Notes under the pieces: generated by a model
What the model was told of the DNA's origin: nothing
What the model saw: only the letters and a program-made list of their open reading frames with translations
Databases searched by the model: none
Made by a program: the position numbers and the translations under genes
Assembly (NCBI GenBank): GCA_039798785.1
Contig: JBDKFG010000029.1
Coordinates: 1-64,000 of the forward strand
Length of the DNA: 64,000 nt
From: Verrucomicrobiota bacterium
GTDB lineage: Bacteria > Verrucomicrobiota > Lentisphaeria > Lentisphaerales > Lentisphaeraceae
Reading direction: 5' to 3'
Shown here: one piece after another, positions 28,016-36,907 of the stretch
Numbering within the stretch: position 1 is the first letter of the stretch
Layout: every line of letters starts with the position of its first letter

Positions 28016-29260
28016 ATGGGGAAGCGAATGAAGGTCCTCATCGGAGTGATTCTGATCGGAGTCATGTGCCTGCTCTTCTGGAAGAATTATGGAGGGGGCG
28101 GAATCGAGGGAGGCAGCGCCGTCTTGGCCGCGGGAAACCCATCGGCGGAAGCGGAGCCTCGAAGTCCTGCAAGCGCCGGGAACAAAGCGGATTCTCGCAC
28201 CGGCACGGGCGCCGCCTTCGCCGGAGCCGGCCAAGCGCCTTCACAAAATCGGCCGCGAGACAGTCGAGCCAACGCAGCTCATTCCCTACGACAGGCATTC
28301 GAGCTGTTGCAGCAGGAGCCCTTGTCGCAGTTGAAACAGCTGGACCCGAAATCCGCCGAATTTCGCCAGAAAATTCGTGAATTGATGACCACGCCTGAGT
28401 TTCAACAATGGCAGAGCTTGGTGAAAGAAGCTATTGCGGCTGGCAACTGCGATTGGGAGATTGATTACAGCCAAGGATTCACCACTCCTCTTCCGCATCT
28501 TGGGGGATTGCGGATGACATCGCGTATTTTGAACGCTTTGGGCGCTCTTCAAGCTGAGAGCGGACTTGCCGGCCAGCAGGTTTTCTCCGACAACATGAAG
28601 CTGATCACATTGGCGTGTTCCGACAACCAGACCCTGATAGGCAATCTCGTCCGTTCTGCCTTGTTCAAGGAATGTGAAAACGAGCTCTCAGCAGCTGTGA
28701 ACTCAATCGGCAAGACTGACGACGCAGAAGCTCTCCGCAATCAGTTGCAAGTCCACCTTCACGACTCCAGCACTGATTTACAGGAATCATTCGCCAGCGA
28801 GTTCGCCCTTTTTCCGAAAATGTTGGACAAATTGCAATCAGGTTCGTTTGATCAGCAGTTGATCGGAGCTGGCAGCTTGGCCAGTCTCGTGGGTGACCCG
28901 GTCCGCACAGCTATCGTCAAAGCTGAATACACCGAGGCCACCCGTACTTTTCAGAATGCCTTGGAATCCGCCAACAACTGGCAAGAGCGTCTCCTCGCCG
29001 CTGAACAACTGCAAAAAGCCGTGGATAAGCTCAGTCCGGAAAGCCGCATGCTTTTAGAAGCTCTGCCTCCGATCGTCAATAAAATGGTCGATGCAGAAGT
29101 CCATACCCAGGCGGCCCTGGCCTCGCTCCAAATCGAGCAGTTCCGTCGCCAGAACGGCCGTTTCCCAGAAAACCTGGTTGAAGCAGGAGTGGCTATTGAG
29201 GACCCCATCATCGCTGCCAGACTTGACTACAAAGACGGCAAGGTCGAAGTCAAGAAGTAG
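28016..29260 (+). CDS. Membrane-anchored hypothetical protein (lower GC)
   Basis: N-terminal TM; CDW..DYSQG....LPHL..LR motif; C-terminal IEQFRRQNGRFPENL...DP. Confidence 0.7.
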   Translation: MGKRMKVLIGVILIGVMCLLFWKNYGGGGIEGGSAVLAAGNPSAEAEPRSPASAGNKADSRTGTGAAFAGAGQAPSQNRPRDSRANAAHSLRQAFELLQQEPLSQLKQLDPKSAEFRQKIRELMTTPEFQQWQSLVKEAIAAGNCDWEIDYSQGFTTPLPHLGGLRMTSRILNALGALQAESGLAGQQVFSDNMKLITLACSDNQTLIGNLVRSALFKECENELSAAVNSIGKTDDAEALRNQLQVHLHDSSTDLQESFASEFALFPKMLDKLQSGSFDQQLIGAGSLASLVGDPVRTAIVKAEYTEATRTFQNALESANNWQERLLAAEQLQKAVDKLSPESRMLLEALPPIVNKMVDAEVHTQAALASLQIEQFRRQNGRFPENLVEAGVAIEDPIIAARLDYKDGKVEVKK

Positions 29261-29392
29261 CGCACTAGGACCCACACTCAGGCTCTAGAGTGAAAAGATC
29301 GCCGAGTTCGCTTCTGCTTAAGATCTGGGCGTGGTTGACCTTGTTTTCCGGATTAGCTTGATTGTAGATCTACCCACAGCCAGGATTTTGCC

Positions 29393-30010
29393 ATGTCGAA
29401 GCTGTCAAAAGCTGCCGCCGCCGGAGTCGATCCCTATCGCACCCGAGCCACCTTGCTGCTTCGCGTCAACCGCAAAGACGAGCAGAGCTGGGCCGACTTC
29501 TATGCACTGTATTCGCCGCTCATCCGCTGGGCCTGTCGCCGCCGCGGGCTGGGCGACGAGCATCGCCAGCAACTGGTGGTGCAAGCCGTGATGTGCCATT
29601 TCGCCGCCACCGACTGGGCCTACGACGAGAGCAAGGGACGCTTCCGCAGCCTGGTCCTGCGGGTCGCCGAGCTGAAGATCCACGAAGTCCTGCGGGAGAC
29701 CCGCAGCGCCGGCCCCTTGGCGATCCAGGACAGCTACGACGAAGCGACCCTCGCTGCGGAGGATAATCCGCCGCCGGAAGACGAGGACGCTCAGCGCCTC
29801 GAGCGCCTGCAGATGGCCTTCGCCCTGCTCGCCCAGAATCCCTCCATCAACAAGCTGCACCTGCAGGTCCTCCACCTCGTCCTGCAAGGAGTCCGCAGCC
29901 CCGGCATCGCCGAGCAGACGGGCATCCCGGTCAAGCACGTCTACGTCATCAAGCACCGCATGGTCGAGGCCTTGCGGCAAGTCCTGGCCGGATTGGAAAG
30001 CCCAGAATGA
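29393..30010 (+). CDS. ECF sigma-70 factor (PVC type)
   Basis: TRATLLLRV...W..FY..Y.PLI..W.RRRGL...VVQ; YD..KGRFRS; C-terminal HTH IAEQTGIPVKHVYVIKHR. Confidence 0.85.
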   Translation: MSKLSKAAAAGVDPYRTRATLLLRVNRKDEQSWADFYALYSPLIRWACRRRGLGDEHRQQLVVQAVMCHFAATDWAYDESKGRFRSLVLRVAELKIHEVLRETRSAGPLAIQDSYDEATLAAEDNPPPEDEDAQRLERLQMAFALLAQNPSINKLHLQVLHLVLQGVRSPGIAEQTGIPVKHVYVIKHRMVEALRQVLAGLESPE

Positions 30011-31560
30011 GCTGCCTCACGGCAGAGCGACTGGAGGAGATCGCCGCCGGCCTGGCGCCGGAAGCCGGTGAGCACGAGCACCTGGACGCCTGCCCCGAGT
30101 GCGCATCCGCTCTGGCCGATCTCCGCCTTGATGAAGAACTCATCGGTGAACTCCGCGGCGATCTGCGCGACAACGATTTGCGCTTCGGTCCCTACCGCTT
30201 CTGCCGCGAACTGACCTCCGGCGGCATGTCGATCGTCTATCTCGGCCAGGCTCCCGACGGCAGCGGCGTCGTCATCAAGGCCTGCCGTCAGCCGCGGATG
30301 CTGCCGAGCTTCCGCACCGAGCTGGAGACTCTGTCGCGCTGCACCCGCCTCGGCCTCGCCGGCGTCGTCCGCCTGATCGACGCCGATCTCGAGCATCGGC
30401 CACCCTACCTGGTCACCGAATTCCACGCTTGCGGCAGCCTCGCCGAACGCCTGCAGACCCTGGGCCCGATGCCGCTTGCGGAGCTCGCCCCCCTGGCGCT
30501 CGACCTCGCCGCCACCCTCGCCGCCCTGGAGAAGGAAGGCATCGTCCACGGCGACCTCAAGCTCGCCAACATCCTGATGCGCCGCGACGGCAGGGCCTGC
30601 CTCGCCGACCTGGGCAGCGCCCGCTCGGCGAAGGCCCAGGAAACCCTGCCCCTGGCGGCAGCACTCTCCCTCGTCTGCGTCTCGCCCGAGCAGGCCCGCG
30701 GCGAAGCGCCTTTGCCGGCCTCCGACGTCTTCTCTTTTGGACTCCTAGTCCACGAACTCGCCAGCGGCCTTCATCCTTTCGCCGGCAAGAGCTCGTGGGA
30801 GACCATCGCCAACATCCTCAATCAGCCGCCGCGCCTGTCGGACGCCCTGCCAAGCGGCATCAGGAGCCTGATCTCGCGCTGCCTCGCCAAGAATCCCGCC
30901 GAGCGCCCGGATTTCGCCGCCATCGCCGCACTTTCCTCCGGGGAGTTGCTGGCCGATCGCCTCAGCAACGAGGAGCTCCGCCAGGCCGCGGCGAGCAGCA
31001 GCCTCGGTATCCGCCAGGACCAGCCCGGCGAGCTGCCCGAACTGCAGACCCGCAACCTCATCCTCATCGCCTCCCTGACCACTCTTCTCCTCGCCGGCAT
31101 CCCTGTCCTCGTCGGCTCGCTGAAAACGGAGGCGGCGCCTCATCTGGGCGCCGCCGCTCCGCGCGAGACCCTCCTCGCCCGCATCGACGCCGCCCTGCTG
31201 CCGGAATCGCCGCTCAGACGCTGCGACCGGAAGCTGCCGATCCTCCTCTGCACCCCTCAAGGATTGAGCCCTGATCAGCTCGAAAGCCGGCTCGCGACCT
31301 TGCGCCCGGCCCTCCTCCGCGCCCAGGTGGTTCTCGCCATGCCTGCGGCGGATTTCCAGCGCCTCCGCGATCCCGAGACACGCTCGCGTGCCGGCCTCAT
31401 CTCCCCCGCCGCGCTCAGCAGCCTCGGCATCGAAGGCCCCAAGGAAGCCATGCCATTCCTGCTGCTGCCCGGGGACAAGGCCGACTTCACCCCCATCGAC
31501 CCCGCCCGCCTCGACGCAGCCATCCCGCCAGCGCGGGAGATCGATGGCCCATTGCCATGA
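30007..31560 (+). CDS. Hanks-type Ser/Thr protein kinase with N-terminal anti-sigma-type zinc finger and one TM helix
   Basis: HLDACPEC (HxxxCxxC); GGMSIVY, VVIK, HGDLKLANIL, DLG, SPEQ, SDVFSFG, CLAKNPAERP; TM LILIASLTTLLLAGIPVLV. ATGA overlap with the sigma gene. Confidence 0.9.
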   Translation: MSCLTAERLEEIAAGLAPEAGEHEHLDACPECASALADLRLDEELIGELRGDLRDNDLRFGPYRFCRELTSGGMSIVYLGQAPDGSGVVIKACRQPRMLPSFRTELETLSRCTRLGLAGVVRLIDADLEHRPPYLVTEFHACGSLAERLQTLGPMPLAELAPLALDLAATLAALEKEGIVHGDLKLANILMRRDGRACLADLGSARSAKAQETLPLAAALSLVCVSPEQARGEAPLPASDVFSFGLLVHELASGLHPFAGKSSWETIANILNQPPRLSDALPSGIRSLISRCLAKNPAERPDFAAIAALSSGELLADRLSNEELRQAAASSSLGIRQDQPGELPELQTRNLILIASLTTLLLAGIPVLVGSLKTEAAPHLGAAAPRETLLARIDAALLPESPLRRCDRKLPILLCTPQGLSPDQLESRLATLRPALLRAQVVLAMPAADFQRLRDPETRSRAGLISPAALSSLGIEGPKEAMPFLLLPGDKADFTPIDPARLDAAIPPAREIDGPLP

Positions 31561-31572
31561 ATGGGAAGTTCA

Positions 31573-31588
31573 TTTCGATATTTAGAAT
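31573..31588 (+). promoter_or_regulatory. Candidate operator TTTCGATATTTAGAAT upstream of the HzsA-like operon
   Basis: Matches the core ATATTTAGAA read on the minus strand of the 9776 and 14177 motifs. Confidence 0.45.
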
Positions 31589-31684
31589 CATCTCGGAATC
31601 CATCTGTGGCATCGGAACAGAGTGGCTCGATTGCCTATCTTGATGCAAGGAACGCAACGAGTTGAATCCGGAGGAGGAGTCCCC

Positions 31685-34600
31685 ATGAAACACCTGATGA
31701 TGATGATTGCGATGAGCCTGTGCGCCGCCGCCGAGGAGCCGCCAGCGAAGCCGATGGCGGAGCTTCTGCAATCGCCGGCGACCGAGGATTACGTGATCAG
31801 CGCCGAGGACGGCGGCGACACCTGGCAGTACAGCTTCGAGAAGCCGGCCGAGGGTTGGATGCGGCCGGAATTCGACGCCAAGGCCTGGGCCAGCGGCAAG
31901 GGCGGCTTCGGTCGCGCCGGATCCGAGCAGATCGTCGGCACGGCCTGGACGAACCAGGACATCTGGCTGCGCAAGACCTTCCGCGTCGGAGACAAGCCGA
32001 AGAACCTGCGGCTCCGCCTCCAGCACGACGAGGACGTGCGGATCTACCTCAACGGCCAGGAGGTCGTCAAGCGCAAAGGCCATCGCGGCGACTACGAAGA
32101 GATCGACCTGTCGGCGCAGCTGCCGCTCCTCGCCGCCGGCGACAACGTGCTGGCCATCCACTGCCACCAGACCGTCGGCGGCCAGTACATTGATGCCGGA
32201 CTCGAAGCTGGCGCGGCGGTGCCCGAAGCCGTCTTCGTCGCCAACAAGATCTGGCGCGACTGGCTGCTGCAGGACGGCCTCAAGCCCGGCCAGGCCTGCT
32301 TCGTCGCCGGCAGCGAAGAGGTCGACCACGCCTTGATCGCCAAGGTGCTGGGCGAGCTCAAGACCGCAGCCCCGGCCACCGCGGGCCTCGATCCGGCGCA
32401 GCGCCGCGCTCTTTATCTCAAACTTTGCGAGGCCCGCAGAGCCGAGCGCCTCAAGCCCTTCGCCGAACGCGGCGGCGCCTTCGTCTTCACCAAGCACAAG
32501 GCCCTGAGCGGCTCCTTCTACGGCTACACCGAGGGCCTCTCCGACGCCCAGGCGGAATGCAATTTCCGTCCCGATTCCGAGCTCCTCAGCTTCAAGCTCG
32601 ACGGCCTCTACGGCAGGACCGAATCGCTCCTCAGGGATAAGGCCGGCCTGATCCGCGATCCCGAGCTCAGCTTCGACGCCAAGCGCCTCCTCTTCGCCTG
32701 GAAGAAGGACCTCAAGAAGGACGACTACCACCTCTACGAGATGGATCTCGCCAGCCGCCAGATCCGCCAGCTCACCAGCGGCCTCGGCTTCGCCGACTTC
32801 GAAGGACGCTACCTGCCCTGCGGCGACATCATCTTCAGCTCCAGCCGCGGCATCTCCACCATCCCCTGCTGGCGTACCGAGGCCAGCAACATGTGGCGCT
32901 GCGACAAGGACGGCAAGCTGATGCGCCGCCTCGGCTACGACCAGGTCACCACCAACAACCCCAGCCTCCTCGAGGACGGCCGCATCGTCTACACCCGCTG
33001 GGACTACAACGACCGCGGCCAGATCTTCCCGCAGCCGCTCTTTGCCATGAACCAGGACGGCACCGAGCAGGTCGAATATTACGGCGCCAGCTCCTGGTTC
33101 CCCACCACCATCGGCCACGCCCGCGAGATCCCCGGCTCCGGCGGCGTCCTCCTCGCCATCCTCCACGGCCACCACACCTACCAGCACGGCAAGCTCGCCG
33201 TCATCGACCGCCGCAAGGGCACCCAGGAGGCCGAAGGCGTCCAGCTCGTCGCCCCGGTGCGCGAAACCAAGCCGGTCCGCGAGGATCATTACGGCCAGCA
33301 GGGCGAGCAATTCCAATATCCCTTCCCGCTCGACGACAAGCATTTCCTCGTCACCTACGACGCCAAGGGCGGCGGCGGCCCCGAAGGCGCCTGGGGCATC
33401 TACCTGATGGACTTGGACGGCCGCCGCGAGCTGCTCACCATCGACCCCAAGATCACCTGCAACCACCCCATCCTCTTCGCCCCCCGCAAAGCGCCCCGCC
33501 AGCAGCCGGAGCTGATCGACCTCGCCAAGGACACGGCCGAAGTGATCATGCAGGACGTCTACCAGGGACCCGGCCTCAAGGGCGTTCCTCGCGGCACGGT
33601 CAAGAAGCTCCGCGTCGTCGAAGTCCGCTACCGCGCCGCCGAGATGGGCTGCACCTACTCCGCCGGACCCGGCGGCAGCGCCCGCGTCTCCACCCCGCCC
33701 GCCGCTGCCAACGGCTCCTGGGACGTCAAATCGATCCTCGGCGACGCCGAGGTCGAGGCCGACGGTTCCGCCCGCTTCACCGTGCCGGCCCGCAAGCCGA
33801 TCTACTTCCAGCCGCTCGACGACAAGGGCCAGGCGCTGAACACCATGCGCACCTGGGCCACCCTGATGCCCGGCGAACGCTTCTCCTGCATCGGCTGCCA
33901 CGAGAACAAGCACCAGGCTCCGCCCGCCGGCAAGGTGCTGGCCATGGCCAAACCCGCCCAGAAGCTCCAGGATTTCTACGGCCCGGCCCGCGGCTTCTCC
34001 TTCCCCAAGGAGATCCAGCCGATCCTCGACAACAAATGCATCTCCTGCCACGACGGCGCCAAGCAGGCTCTGAATCTCAGCGCCACTCCCCGTCTCGCCA
34101 AGGTGGAGCAGCGCCAGTGGAGCGAATCCTACTGGAGCCTGCTCCAGATCGCCCAGGGCGACTACGGCGCGGTCAAGGCCGATCCCGACGGCCGCCTGGT
34201 CAAGTGGATCGGCTCGCAGTCCGAGCCCGATCTGCAGCCGGCGATGCTCCGCGGCTCCTTCAACTCGCCCCTCATCGCCATGCTCCGCAAGGGCCACCAG
34301 GGCCTCACCATGACCCGCGAGGAGATGGACAAGCTCGCCGCCTGGATCGACCTCTACGTCCCCTATTCCGGCGACTTCACCGAAGGCAACGCCTGGTCCG
34401 ACGCCGACAAGAAGAAGTACGCCCATTTCCAGGCCAAGCGCAATTACATGCGTGACTTCGAGCGCCTCAACCGCCAGGCCCTGCTGATGAAGAAGACCGG
34501 CACCTGGACCGAGCTGCCGCGCGACACCGAGACCGAATACGACGCCTGGATCGCCCAGTACGCCCCGGACTCCCGCGCCAAATTCGACGCCGAGCTCAAA

Positions 34601-35080
34601 CGCTACGAAACCGAACTGCGCGGCGAACGCCGCAATCTCGCCCTCAACCCCCAGGACGGCCGCTTCAACCTCGGCTTCCCCAAGGCCAGCTCAAACTCGG
34701 AATACGATCGCAGCGACAAGTTCCTCGCCAGCAAGGCCATCGACGGCGACCTGCGCAACGGCAACCACGCCGCCTATCCCTCCTGGGGGCCCGACAAGGT
34801 CGAGAAGCCCTGGCTCCAGGTCGACTTCGGCCGCGAGGTCGAGCTCGACGAGATCCGCCTCCTCAACCGCGCCGAATACCCGCACGACACCTGGTGGACC
34901 CGCGGCAAGCTGGAGTTCTCCGACGGCAGCAGCGAGGAGATCGCCATCGGCGACGCCAGGACGATGCAGAGCTTCCCCGTCAAGCCCCGCCGCTGCACCT
35001 GGGTCCGCTTCACCGGCCTCGCCCCGGCCAATCCCAAGGGCTGGCCCGCCCTCGCCGAATTCGAGGCCTGGGGCAAGTGA
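31685..35080 (+). CDS. Hydrazine synthase alpha-subunit-related protein: galactose-binding-like N-domain, TolB-like beta-propeller, HzsA-middle-like domain, two c-type heme motifs, C-terminal discoidin/F5/8-like domain
   Basis: GGAGGAG RBS; signal peptide; W..GKGGFG...IWLRKTF...HDED..IYLNG...N.LAIHC; RDPELSFD; DGRIVYTRWDYND; VEADGSARF.VPA...YFQ.LD..G.A...MR.W..L.PGE..SCIGCHE; F..EIQPILD.KCISCH; WLQVDFGREVE. Confidence 0.82.
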   Translation: MKHLMMMIAMSLCAAAEEPPAKPMAELLQSPATEDYVISAEDGGDTWQYSFEKPAEGWMRPEFDAKAWASGKGGFGRAGSEQIVGTAWTNQDIWLRKTFRVGDKPKNLRLRLQHDEDVRIYLNGQEVVKRKGHRGDYEEIDLSAQLPLLAAGDNVLAIHCHQTVGGQYIDAGLEAGAAVPEAVFVANKIWRDWLLQDGLKPGQACFVAGSEEVDHALIAKVLGELKTAAPATAGLDPAQRRALYLKLCEARRAERLKPFAERGGAFVFTKHKALSGSFYGYTEGLSDAQAECNFRPDSELLSFKLDGLYGRTESLLRDKAGLIRDPELSFDAKRLLFAWKKDLKKDDYHLYEMDLASRQIRQLTSGLGFADFEGRYLPCGDIIFSSSRGISTIPCWRTEASNMWRCDKDGKLMRRLGYDQVTTNNPSLLEDGRIVYTRWDYNDRGQIFPQPLFAMNQDGTEQVEYYGASSWFPTTIGHAREIPGSGGVLLAILHGHHTYQHGKLAVIDRRKGTQEAEGVQLVAPVRETKPVREDHYGQQGEQFQYPFPLDDKHFLVTYDAKGGGGPEGAWGIYLMDLDGRRELLTIDPKITCNHPILFAPRKAPRQQPELIDLAKDTAEVIMQDVYQGPGLKGVPRGTVKKLRVVEVRYRAAEMGCTYSAGPGGSARVSTPPAAANGSWDVKSILGDAEVEADGSARFTVPARKPIYFQPLDDKGQALNTMRTWATLMPGERFSCIGCHENKHQAPPAGKVLAMAKPAQKLQDFYGPARGFSFPKEIQPILDNKCISCHDGAKQALNLSATPRLAKVEQRQWSESYWSLLQIAQGDYGAVKADPDGRLVKWIGSQSEPDLQPAMLRGSFNSPLIAMLRKGHQGLTMTREEMDKLAAWIDLYVPYSGDFTEGNAWSDADKKKYAHFQAKRNYMRDFERLNRQALLMKKTGTWTELPRDTETEYDAWIAQYAPDSRAKFDAELKRYETELRGERRNLALNPQDGRFNLGFPKASSNSEYDRSDKFLASKAIDGDLRNGNHAAYPSWGPDKVEKPWLQVDFGREVELDEIRLLNRAEYPHDTWWTRGKLEFSDGSSEEIAIGDARTMQSFPVKPRRCTWVRFTGLAPANPKGWPALAEFEAWGK

Positions 35081-35110
35081 ACAAGGAATCGAGGAGCAAC
35101 GGAGAGGCTC

Positions 35111-36853
35111 ATGCTTGAATTCATTCTCAGTTTCGCCTTGGCAGGCTGCTCCAGCGGCGTGGAGCCAGAGCCGGAAGACTTCCAGGCTCAGACGGCCTTG
35201 AGCACCGGCGAGGACCTGCTCGTTGCCGGTGCCGGCGAAGAGATTGGCCTTCTGGGCAAGGACAAGCTTGAACGGCTCAAAGTCGCTCCCGGCATCGTCC
35301 GGATGCGCCAGCAGAACGGCAAGATCTACGCCCTCGTCACGGGCAGGGAATCGAGCTTGCTTACCCTCGATCCCAAAACCTTGAAGATCGACAGCCGCAT
35401 CCCCTGCGGCCACTTCGCCGCCGACTTCGTCTTGCGGGGATCGCAGGTCCTCCTCAGTCACTCGTATAGCGACCTCATCCGCTGCCTCGATCTCGCAGGC
35501 GAGGAAGTGTGGTGCCGCGAGCTCCCTCGCGAACCCGGCCCCCTCGTCCTCAGCCCCGACGGCCAGGATCTCTGGGTCGCCACCCGCCTGCCGAGCCAGG
35601 CCGCGACCGCGCCGCTGACCGCCTGCCGCATCGTGCGCATCGATCCCCGGGACGGCGCCATCCGCGACAGCCTCGATCTGCCCGACGGCAGCACCGGCCT
35701 GAAGGAGATGATCGCCAGCGCCGACGGCAAGCGGCTCTACTGCAGCTTCGTCCTCGCCCGCAACCGCGTGCCCGCCACCCAGCTCAGCCGCGGCTGGGTG
35801 AACACCAACGCCCTCGGCATCGTCGATTGCGCCAGCCGCAAGATCACGGTGGTGCTGCTCGACGACATCGACCGCGGCGCCGCCAACCCCTGGGGCCTGG
35901 CGCAAGCCGGAGGCCGGATCGCCGTCAGCCTCAGCGGCACCCAGGAGCTGCTGCTCATCGACGAGGCCGCGATGCTCAAGAAGATCGCCGCCGTGCCCGA
36001 GGCCGAGCGTCCCGCCCTCGCCAACCAGCTCTCCTTCCTGCATTCCTGCTCGATCCGCCGTCCGCTCAAGACCGAAGGCGCCCGCGCCGTGGTCGCGCAT
36101 CAAGGCGGCTTCGTCAGCCTCGGCTACTTCTCCAACTCGCTGCAGCGCCTCTCCCTGCAGGGCGAGCCCGGCGGCGAGACCCGGCTCGGCCCTGCCGCCA
36201 GCTCGGCGGCGCGCCTCGGGGAGGCGCTTTTCCACGATGCCCGCGCCGGATATCAAACCTGGCAGAGCTGTGCCAGCTGCCATCCCGGCGGACGCGTCGA
36301 CGGCCTCGCCTGGGACCGTCCCTACGACTTCGGCCATGCGCGCAAGACCAAGAGCCTGTTCGGGGCGCATCTCACCGCGCCGAGCTCGATCACCGCCGTC
36401 CGGGCCGATGCCCGCGCCTCGAGCCGCGCCGCCTTCGAGTTCAACGGCCTGGTGCCCCGGGAGGCGCAGCTCGACCAGATCGGCGCCTACTTCGCCTCGC
36501 TCCAGCCCCTGCCCAGCCCGCGCCTGGGCGCCGACGGCAGCCTCTCTCCCCTGGCCAGGCGAGGCCGCGAGATCTTCGAATCCGCCTCCTGCATCGACTG
36601 CCACAGCGGCGAGCTCTTCACCTGCCGCAAGATGAAGGACATCGGCACCGGCCTGGGCGACGAGGCCGGCCGCAAGTTCGACGTCCCGTCCCTGCGCGAG
36701 GTCTGGCGCAACGCCTCCTACCTGCACGACGGCCGCGCCGCCACTTTGGAATCGATCTTCAAGGAGCACAATGCGGCGAAGAAGCATGGCGATGCCCACG
36801 AGCTTAACGAGGCGGATTTCGCGGCGCTGATGGAGTACTTGCGAAGCTTGTGA
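35111..36853 (+). CDS. Probable lipoprotein: YVTN-type beta-propeller fused to a di-heme cytochrome c peroxidase/MauG-like domain
   Basis: Lipobox LAGC; propeller blades; GEALFHDA...WQSCASCHP.G..DGL.WD; GREIFE...CIDCH...FDVPSLREVW....YLHDGRA.TLE. Confidence 0.85.
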   Translation: MLEFILSFALAGCSSGVEPEPEDFQAQTALSTGEDLLVAGAGEEIGLLGKDKLERLKVAPGIVRMRQQNGKIYALVTGRESSLLTLDPKTLKIDSRIPCGHFAADFVLRGSQVLLSHSYSDLIRCLDLAGEEVWCRELPREPGPLVLSPDGQDLWVATRLPSQAATAPLTACRIVRIDPRDGAIRDSLDLPDGSTGLKEMIASADGKRLYCSFVLARNRVPATQLSRGWVNTNALGIVDCASRKITVVLLDDIDRGAANPWGLAQAGGRIAVSLSGTQELLLIDEAAMLKKIAAVPEAERPALANQLSFLHSCSIRRPLKTEGARAVVAHQGGFVSLGYFSNSLQRLSLQGEPGGETRLGPAASSAARLGEALFHDARAGYQTWQSCASCHPGGRVDGLAWDRPYDFGHARKTKSLFGAHLTAPSSITAVRADARASSRAAFEFNGLVPREAQLDQIGAYFASLQPLPSPRLGADGSLSPLARRGREIFESASCIDCHSGELFTCRKMKDIGTGLGDEAGRKFDVPSLREVWRNASYLHDGRAATLESIFKEHNAAKKHGDAHELNEADFAALMEYLRSL

Positions 36854-36907
36854 GGATCGCCGGTCCGATCTACATTCATCCAGCCACTACCAGGAGAAGA
36901 GGCGATC

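Noticed and set aside
31487..34426. Long antisense ORFs (also 1529-3508, 34691-36799, 42888-45842, 46164-48197 and others)
   Set aside because: Shadow frames opposite well-supported genes, expected in high-GC DNA; no recognisable motifs.
31685..36853. Calling this a bona fide anammox hydrazine synthase
   Set aside because: Extra carbohydrate-binding-type domains, a heterotrophic gene context and no other anammox genes in the window; only architectural similarity is supported.
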